A DNA stretch of 64,000 nucleotides, taken from an uncultured bacterium (GTDB lineage: Bacteria; Auribacterota; Erginobacteria; Erginobacterales; Erginobacteraceae). Below the pieces are notes generated by a model. The model was not told the origin of the DNA. It saw only the letters and a list, made by a program, of their open reading frames with translations, and did no database searches. Where the stretch lies: positions 135,255 to 199,254 of the forward strand of contig CAWGIE010000033.1 of the NCBI GenBank assembly GCA_963822585.1. Direction: 5' to 3'. Positions within the stretch are counted from its first letter, which is position 1; each line of letters begins with the position of its first letter. Below, in pieces: positions 57,202 to 64,000 of this stretch. The position numbers and the translations under genes were made by a program.

Positions 57202-58914
57202 ATGGAGAATGCTAAAATCGCCCGCATCTTCACCGAGGTCGCCGATCTCCTTGACATCAAAGGCGACAACCCCTTCCGGATCCGGTCCTACCGCAACGCC
57301 GCCCGGACGATAGAAAACCTCTCCGAGAACCTCGCCGGCATGGTCGAGGACGGCGCCGACCTGACCGAACTGCCGGGAATCGGCAGGGACCTGGCCGGCA
57401 AGATCGCCGAGATCGTCCGAACCGGCCGGCTGAAGACCCTCCAGGACCTGAAAAAAGGGCTCCCCTCCGGTCTCCCCGAACTTCTCAGGATCGAGGGTGT
57501 CGGCCCGAAAAAGGTCAAGCTCTTCCATGATAAAGCCGGTGTCGATTCCATCGACGACCTGGAGCGGGCGGCCCGGGAAGGGAAGCTGCAAGGGCTCTTC
57601 CGGATGGGTGAAAAAACCGAGGAGAAAATCCTCCGGGCGATCGAGAACTACCGCAAAGGCGCCGGGCGCTATCGCCTTGACGTCGGTTTCACTTACGCCG
57701 AATCGATCACCCGTTACCTGGCAGCCGGCCCCGGCTTCTCCCAACTGGTCCCGGCCGGGAGCCTCCGCCGGCGGCGCGAGACGATCGGGGACATCGACAT
57801 CCTGGCCATCTCCCGCGCCGGTTCCAAATTGATGGACCGCTTCGTCAGCTATGACGAGGTTGAAGCCGTCCTGGCCCAGGGACCGACCAAATCCAGCATC
57901 CGACTGGGGAACGGCCTCCAGGTGGACGTGCGGGTCATGCGGAAGAAAGAGTTCGGCTCCGCCCTTCTTTATTTCACCGGCTCCAAGGCTCATAATATCG
58001 CGCTGAGGACCCGGGCCCAGGAGATGGGGCTGAAGGTGAGCGAGTACGGCGTCTTCCAGGGAGAAAAGAGGATCGCCGGGGAGACGGAGGAAGCCTGCTA
58101 CCGGGCCCTGGGCCTGGAGTGGATCCCTCCTGAGCTGCGGGAGAACCGGGGCGAGATCCGGGCCGCGGCTGACGGCACACTCCCCCGCCTGGTCGAACTG
58201 GAGGAGATCCGGGGCGACCTCCAGATGCACTCGACCGCTTCCGACGGGAAAAACACCGTTTTAGAGATGGGCCGGGCGGCGCAGAAGCTGGGGTATCAGT
58301 ATATCGCCGTTACCGATCACTCCCAGGCGGTCAAAGTAGCCGGGGGGCTCAATGAAAAAGAACTGGCCCGGCATCTGAAGGAGATCGAGAAGGCCGATGC
58401 CAAATGCCCCGGCATCAGGATACTGAAAGGGGTGGAGGTCGATATCCTGGCCGACGGTGCCCTGGACTTGAAGGATAGCATCCTCCGGGAGTGCGAAGTG
58501 GTGATCGCGGCCATCCACTACAATTTCAACCTGCCGGAGAAGGAGATGACCCACCGGATCACCCGGGCGTTGAAGAACAGGTACGTCAATATCTTCGGTC
58601 ACCCTACCGGACGCCTGATCCTCCAGAGAGAGCCCTATCGGTTCGATCTCGACGAGGTGATCCGGACGGCGGTCGGGGAGGGGGTGGCCCTGGAGATCGA
58701 CGCCCATCCCTCCCGCCTGGATCTGAACGACATCCAAGCCCGGAGGGCGAAGGAGCTGGGCGCCCGGCTGGTCATCGACACCGACGCCCATGCCGCCGAA
58801 CAGCTCGACCTGATGCGGTTCGGGGTCTTCATCGCCCGCCGCGGGTGGTTGGAGAAGGACGACGTGATCAATACCTATCCCCTGAAAAAACTGCTCGCCG
58901 CCCTGAACCGCTAA
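57202..58914 (+). CDS. polX: DNA polymerase X with PHP domain
   Basis: NPFRIRSY, GSLRR..ETIGDIDIL, YFTGSKAHN, IPPELRE, TDHS, DTDAH. Confidence 0.95.
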   Translation: MENAKIARIFTEVADLLDIKGDNPFRIRSYRNAARTIENLSENLAGMVEDGADLTELPGIGRDLAGKIAEIVRTGRLKTLQDLKKGLPSGLPELLRIEGVGPKKVKLFHDKAGVDSIDDLERAAREGKLQGLFRMGEKTEEKILRAIENYRKGAGRYRLDVGFTYAESITRYLAAGPGFSQLVPAGSLRRRRETIGDIDILAISRAGSKLMDRFVSYDEVEAVLAQGPTKSSIRLGNGLQVDVRVMRKKEFGSALLYFTGSKAHNIALRTRAQEMGLKVSEYGVFQGEKRIAGETEEACYRALGLEWIPPELRENRGEIRAAADGTLPRLVELEEIRGDLQMHSTASDGKNTVLEMGRAAQKLGYQYIAVTDHSQAVKVAGGLNEKELARHLKEIEKADAKCPGIRILKGVEVDILADGALDLKDSILRECEVVIAAIHYNFNLPEKEMTHRITRALKNRYVNIFGHPTGRLILQREPYRFDLDEVIRTAVGEGVALEIDAHPSRLDLNDIQARRAKELGARLVIDTDAHAAEQLDLMRFGVFIARRGWLEKDDVINTYPLKKLLAALNR

Positions 58915-59092
58915 GATTTTTCCTCCGGAAAAATCTTATTATATGAGAAATGTTACTAAGGAGAGCATAAAATAGGTTACATGTCATTGCGAGGAATCCC
59001 GGCAAGCCGGGAAAGCAATCTCAATCATTTTGAGAACTGGAAGAGAACCCCATTTATTAACCCTTGTTAACCTCTGTTAACCTTTCCCTCAT

Positions 59093-60604
59093 TTACCTCG
59101 TCACCGGCACGTCGTCGCTGCCCCCGAAATACGTCCTAGTCAAACCCCTGATCGCCCAGAGACCGGTGGAACCGCGGAAGATCCCCACACTCGCCGTTCC
59201 GTTGCCCGCGTAATCCGCCGGCACCGTCCAATCCGTAAGCTGCCCAAAATATATTCTGGTTAAATTCCGCACCGCCCAGAGCCCGGAAGCCGGGCGGAAG
59301 AGGGCGTAATCCATTGAACCATCACCATCATAATCCCCGGGAACCGGAAGGTCATTTTCTCCCCCAAAGTAAAACCTGGTCTGTCCCCGGACTGCCCAAA
59401 GTCCGGTGGAATCGCGGAAGATCCCGATATCGCAGGCACTGGATGGGTTGTAGGCGAGAGGTATGGGTATATCGCCTTCTTTTCCGAAGTATACCCGGGA
59501 GATACCTCTTAGGGCCCAGAGACCGGAACTTTGCCGGAAGACGGCTGCTCCTGGTGTCCCGTCGCCGTTATAATCCCCGGGAACTGATAAATCGCCCTGG
59601 GCGCCGAAATAAAATCGGGAGAGACCTCTAACACCCCAGAGGCCGGTATTATTCCGAAAGATCGTCGGATCGGTCGTGCCATCGCCGTCGTAATCTCCAC
59701 TGGCGGGAAGGTCGCATGTGGTTCCAAAATAGAATCGGCTTATACTCCTTATAGCCCATCGACCGCTCAGATTATTATACAGCGCTATATCCGAGCATCC
59801 GTCCCCATTGTAATCTCCGCTATAACGAGAAGTTGAAGGCGCAGGATAGAGTTCAAAATTAACATTAATAAATGCATTACCCCCCTCAACATAATCAAAA
59901 TACATTATTGGAATGTAGCCACTATGTTTTACCATCAGTTTGAAAATACCACCAACATCGCTACAAGAGACCCCATAACTACCATAACTATCTGAAGTAA
60001 AAGACGATGTGCAATCATAACAACACGGATCAATTAATGAGCAGTTGACTTCGGCTTTTCTTAATGGTTCTTGTGTTAATTTATTTTTTACATAACCATG
60101 AAAACCTATCCTTCCGCCCACAGAAGGTGTTGGAATTGGAGTTGGAATTATGGAAGGAGAAGGTGTCGGGGAATTTACCACCGCAATATATACTGGTTCG
60201 CCATACCCATATCCAACTACTTCCCCGATGATCGTATGGATTCCCGCGGACAAATGGTAATCATCCGACCGATGACTAAAGTACCAATTTCGTGAACCGT
60301 ACGGCTCAATGTACGCATAGGTAATAACCTGGAGAAACATCTTGTCATCTGACCAGCGATAATATCCATCTATGGTGTAATCCGCCGTACAAGAGGTGGG
60401 GAAAACCAAAGTTATTGGTGAAGAACCGTTATTCTTTGCTATGACTGTTATATGAATCTCTTCACCCTGACAATATTTGCTTTTATCAGCAACAACATCT
60501 ATCTCCATAACTTGTGGTGAAGCTGCGGCTGAAAAAATCAGCAGGACAAAATATAACATAACAAGGAAGAAAAAATGTTTTAAGCAGCCATCCAACATTT
60601 TCAT
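59093..60604 (-). CDS. Secreted protein: BsuPI-like Ig domain, PT linker, Cys-rich domain and C-terminal FG-GAP-like repeats
   Basis: RWSDDKMFLQVIT, repeated GDY[ND]GDG...IFR...GLW.[IV]RG..R.YFG; N-terminal half AT-rich. Confidence 0.8.
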   Translation of the reverse strand: MKMLDGCLKHFFFLVMLYFVLLIFSAAASPQVMEIDVVADKSKYCQGEEIHITVIAKNNGSSPITLVFPTSCTADYTIDGYYRWSDDKMFLQVITYAYIEPYGSRNWYFSHRSDDYHLSAGIHTIIGEVVGYGYGEPVYIAVVNSPTPSPSIIPTPIPTPSVGGRIGFHGYVKNKLTQEPLRKAEVNCSLIDPCCYDCTSSFTSDSYGSYGVSCSDVGGIFKLMVKHSGYIPIMYFDYVEGGNAFINVNFELYPAPSTSRYSGDYNGDGCSDIALYNNLSGRWAIRSISRFYFGTTCDLPASGDYDGDGTTDPTIFRNNTGLWGVRGLSRFYFGAQGDLSVPGDYNGDGTPGAAVFRQSSGLWALRGISRVYFGKEGDIPIPLAYNPSSACDIGIFRDSTGLWAVRGQTRFYFGGENDLPVPGDYDGDGSMDYALFRPASGLWAVRNLTRIYFGQLTDWTVPADYAGNGTASVGIFRGSTGLWAIRGLTRTYFGGSDDVPVTR

Positions 60605-60714
60605 AAATTCATAAATGAATAATCAAAGGTTCTTTTCTATAGCATATCATAACCTTGAAAATTCGCATAAATATTTTTACAACTTTATGTAAAATTTTTA
60701 CGATAACTGACTGC

Positions 60715-60808
60715 TTATCTCGTCACCGGCACATCGTCACTGCCCCCGAAATACGTCCTGGTCAAACCCCTGATCGCCCAGAGGCCGGTGTCATCTCGGA
60801 AGATCCCC
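60715..60808 (-). pseudogene. Orphan fragment encoding the same FG-GAP-like C-terminus
   Basis: Encodes GIFRDDTGLWAIRGLTRTYFGGSDDVPVTR-stop; near-identical to 59093-59186; upstream in-frame stop and no ATG. Confidence 0.8.
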
Positions 60809-61111
60809 GTATCTGTCGCATTTTTCCTATTAATTACCTTGTACCCACCCCTACCCCGTGAGATAATGTGCGGCTTTTATCCGGGTTATGTGGCTCATGT
60901 GGAGGGGATGTGCTATCATTAGCTGTTTCAGAATTTCAAAAAATTCTTTATGGGAGAGGTTTCCTGGCCCGAGACATAGTTTTTCTGGTTCAACCTAAAT
61001 CAGGAAAATCGCAAATCGGGGTTTATAACCCCTCCTCCTTCATTCTTTTGTTTTTCTTGGTGTCTTAGTGTCTTCGTGGTGAAAACAGCGCCGAAGGCGC
61101 TCATTAATAAT

Positions 61112-62194
61112 ATGAAGAAAGTAAATGAACTGATCGAGGTCTGCCGGGGAAAATCGCCGATATTGATTCTCCCCCACGACCATCCCGACCCCGATTCCCT
61201 GGCCAGCGCCTGGGCGCTCCAGTACCTTCTCGAACAGAAGGCGCAAGTCTCCTCCACCGTCGCCTTCGGAGGGATCCTGGGGCGGGAGGAGAACCGAACC
61301 TTCAAGAAGCAGCTCCGGATCAAGGCGGCCATGCTCCGGTCGAGCCACTTCAAGAAATTCTCCTCCGTGGCCCTGGTCGACTGCCAGCCGAGAGGCGGGA
61401 ATGTTTCCATCCCCCCTTCCCTGAAACCCCTGATCGTGATCGACCACCATCCCCGGTTGAAGACGACCCACGCTGAATTCATCGACATCCAGCCGGACTG
61501 CGGGGCCACCGCCACGATCATGGTCGAGTACCTGCGGAAAGCGGAGGTGGCGATTCCACCTTTGTTGGCCACGGCTCTCTACTACGCCCTGATCTCGGAG
61601 ACCCAGCACCTGGGACGGGACGTCACCGACCGGGACATCCGGGCCTCCACCTTCGTCTTCCCCCTGGCCCGGCACCGCCTGATCTCCCGGATCGAACACC
61701 CCGCCCACACCCGGGAGTTCTACCAGCAGCTCTATCGCTCCCTGGGCCAGACAGTTACCTATAAATCTTTTGTGGGGGCAAAGCTGGGCGACGTTTATTA
61801 TCCGAGCTTCGTCGCCCAGCTGGCAGATTTGCTGGTCTCCCTGAAACGGGCGACCTGGTGTTTTGTCTCCGGACGCTATAAGAACACCCTCCATCTCTCC
61901 CTCCGCACCACGCACCCCCGGGCCAGGGCCGGAAGGCTCCTGCGCAAGGTGATCGGGAAACTCGGCAGCGCGGGGGGACACGAGATGATCGCGGGTGGTC
62001 AGGTGAAACTCACGGGAATGAGCGCGGAGGAGAAGAACGCCCTGGAAGAAAACCTCTTCCGGCGTCTCTTCAGGGAACTGGGTCTCCCCGAAGACCTGAC
62101 CCCCACGTCGCTGGTCGAGCAGCCCACTCCCCCGTCCCCTCCCGTCCCATCCGAGCCGCCCCCCCCGGAGAAGAAGAACGGCCAACCGGCCTGA
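61112..62194 (+). CDS. DHH family phosphoesterase
   Basis: HDHPDPDSLAS, LVDCQ, VIDHH, GATAT, SAGGH. Confidence 0.9.
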   Translation: MKKVNELIEVCRGKSPILILPHDHPDPDSLASAWALQYLLEQKAQVSSTVAFGGILGREENRTFKKQLRIKAAMLRSSHFKKFSSVALVDCQPRGGNVSIPPSLKPLIVIDHHPRLKTTHAEFIDIQPDCGATATIMVEYLRKAEVAIPPLLATALYYALISETQHLGRDVTDRDIRASTFVFPLARHRLISRIEHPAHTREFYQQLYRSLGQTVTYKSFVGAKLGDVYYPSFVAQLADLLVSLKRATWCFVSGRYKNTLHLSLRTTHPRARAGRLLRKVIGKLGSAGGHEMIAGGQVKLTGMSAEEKNALEENLFRRLFRELGLPEDLTPTSLVEQPTPPSPPVPSEPPPPEKKNGQPA

Positions 62195-62626
62195 CCCCCC
62201 TACTTCGCCCCCTTTTTAACAGACGATTGAATGTGATTGAATATGAAGGTGTCCTGGCAACGAACGTTTACTGTTCGAAGTGCAACGTTAGACGCCCGAT
62301 GATCGGTTTTTTTCCCCCGCCTCACCCTCTTATTACGAACTACTAATTGCGCGAATTATTCCCTCAATTTCTCACCTCATTGAACGTTGAGCGTTGAACG
62401 TTCAATGGATCAAGGACACAATTTTCTTGCGTCTTTTGCGCCTTTTTGCGGCTAATTAAAGGGGGCGAGGCGGGGTAAACAATCAGCGTAATCTGTGTAA
62501 ACTTGTGGTGAGCGAAGTCGAATCCATCTGTGGACTAAATAGGGGGCGAGGCGGAGGGGAAAACCCGAACATCGGACGGCAAAAATTTAACGTTCAACGC
62601 TCAACTTTCAACGTCCAACGTTCAAT
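62195..62626. repeat. Modular repeat array with units in both orientations
   Basis: C-rich units at 62195 and 62313, G-rich units at 62461 and 62542, AACGTTC heptamers at 62380 and 62588. Confidence 0.85.
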
Positions 62627-62678
62627 AAATTGTGCCGTCCTGATATAGGTTGTCACATAGCATAAGGAGGAAGATGCT

Positions 62679-63080
62679 ATGGGACAGACGGTGATAAGAT
62701 ACAGCGAGGCCTTTAAACGCCAGGTTGTGGATGAGATAGAGAGGGGAAAACATGCTTCTCCCTTTAGCGCCCGGAAGACCTACCGGATAACGGGAGCCGG
62801 GACGGTGGAAAGATGGATACGCAAATATGGGAGAGAAGATCTACTGCCAAAGATACTGAGGGTAGAGAGCTTGAAAGAACGAGACGAGATTAAGGAAGCG
62901 CGCAAGCGGATTAAGAAGCTGGAGACAGCGTTAGCAGATGCTCACATTGATTGTTGTCTGGAACATTCATTTCTGGAGATAGCTTGTGAGCGAATGGGGG
63001 TCAGCCTGGAGGACTTTAAAAAAAAGAACGCATTGACGCTGTCAGACGTACGGATGAGGCGAAACCTGCTGCAAGGGTGA
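62679..63080 (+). CDS. IS3-family transposase OrfA
   Basis: RYSEAFKRQVV, TVERWIRKYG HTH, leucine-zipper-like segment. Confidence 0.9.
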   Translation: MGQTVIRYSEAFKRQVVDEIERGKHASPFSARKTYRITGAGTVERWIRKYGREDLLPKILRVESLKERDEIKEARKRIKKLETALADAHIDCCLEHSFLEIACERMGVSLEDFKKKNALTLSDVRMRRNLLQG

Positions 63081-63898
63081 GCATAGGGTTGTTATGCCGG
63101 AAAACCGGGATGAGCCGGCAGAACTATTACAAGGCGCATAGAAGGAGACGTAGACAAGCAATAGATGAAGGGCTGGTGGAAGAGCTGGTTCGATCTGAGC
63201 GGGCCGCACAACCGAGACTGGGAGGTCGGAAGTTATATTTCATGTTGAAGCCTGAGCTGGAGGATGCGGGGGTATCGATTGGCAGGGACCGGTTCTTTGA
63301 GGCGCTGAGAACAAAGGAGTTACTACTGGAGTCTCTCCCCCCGGCTCCAAAGACGACGAACAGCAGGCATAGTCTACCGGTATTTAGAAACATCATTAAG
63401 GAGCTTGAGGTCATACGGCCCAATCAGGTATGGGTAAGCGACATCACCTACATTCGAACACATGAGGGATTTGTGTACCTGAGTCTGATTACGGATAAGT
63501 ATTCGCGCAAGATAGTCGGATATCATGTAGGAGAAACCCTGGCAACAGAAGAGTGTCTGAGAGCACTGGATAAGGCATTGGAGAGCAAACCGAAGAACGC
63601 GCGTATCATTCACCATTCTGATCGTGGATGCCAGTATTGTTCCCATATGTATGTAAAAAAGCTCCAAGAGCATGGGTTTGAAGTCAGCATGACCGAGGAA
63701 AATCGTTGTTATGAGAATGCGCTGGCAGAGCGGGTGAACGGAATCCTCAAACAGGAATATTGGTTGGGAGGCACATTACAGAGCAAAGAACAGGCACGGC
63801 GGGCGGTGGATGAAGCAATTGATTTGTATAATACCCGGCGCCCCCATACATCTTTGAACTATAAAACACCGGAACAGGTACACGCTCTGGCGGCGTAA
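63077..63898 (+). CDS. IS3-family transposase OrfB (DDE)
   Basis: WVSDITYI, HHSDRGCQY, ENALAERVNGILKQE, YNTRRPH. Confidence 0.95.
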   Translation: MSIGLLCRKTGMSRQNYYKAHRRRRRQAIDEGLVEELVRSERAAQPRLGGRKLYFMLKPELEDAGVSIGRDRFFEALRTKELLLESLPPAPKTTNSRHSLPVFRNIIKELEVIRPNQVWVSDITYIRTHEGFVYLSLITDKYSRKIVGYHVGETLATEECLRALDKALESKPKNARIIHHSDRGCQYCSHMYVKKLQEHGFEVSMTEENRCYENALAERVNGILKQEYWLGGTLQSKEQARRAVDEAIDLYNTRRPHTSLNYKTPEQVHALAA

Positions 63899-64000
63899 AC
63901 GCGTCTTCACTCCTCCGGAGGAGGGAAGAGAGCTATCAGTGAGGAAAAAATAAAGGGTAGTACCCAGAAAAAAGTGACAACTTTAAATCAGGACGTGACA

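Larger units (their letters stand above)
62631..64000 (+). mobile_element. IS3-family insertion sequence
   Basis: TG...CA ends; left TGTGCCGTCCTGATATAGGTTGTCAC versus reverse complement of the right end TGTCACGTCCTGATTTAAAGTTGTCAC. Confidence 0.92.

Noticed and set aside
58983..59022. GTCATTGCGAG...AAGCAATCTC REP-like sequence as evidence of a further mobile element
   Set aside because: Single copy with no associated nuclease gene in the window; cannot be supported beyond resemblance.

Overview
GC-rich Gram-negative bacterial chromosome segment. A Planctomycetes/Verrucomicrobia-type conserved protein at 40320-40673 suggests a PVC-related lineage (inference). Coding content: a Tol-Pal operon with two pal paralogs and a LysM gene, UvrD/PcrA, an Opp/Dpp-type ABC cluster interrupted by adenosine deaminase, a D-aminoacylase, an archaeal-type nucleotidyltransferase, a Y1 (RAYT-like) HUH transposase with perfect 31-bp terminal inverted repeats, a NikR-ECF-TonB uptake cluster with two candidate operators, an atypical ClpX, an M16 peptidase, a PP2C sensor, tandem YjjX-like NTPases, a CPA2-PTS IIA fusion, PolX-PHP, three FG-GAP-like repeat surface-protein genes (two with DUF1566) and an apparently complete IS3-family element at the right edge. 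No rRNA, tRNA, cas genes or true CRISPR array were recognised. The most unusual signal is non-coding: most intergenic regions are built from a modular repeat toolkit. It comprises arrays of about 54-nt units punctuated by GGGGGCGAGGCGGGGG and anchored near stop codons by a conserved 24-nt module; a TGTCRTTGTTCAAAAC motif welded to long, sequence-variable hairpins ending at stop or start codons; about ten families of palindromes with 7-10 nt periodicity; C-GNA-G mini-hairpins; and small hairpin inserts nested inside other repeats. Together these suggest an ssDNA-hairpin-based mobile or repeat-generating system, possibly linked to the HUH transposase. All family assignments are from motif recognition by eye, not database searches.
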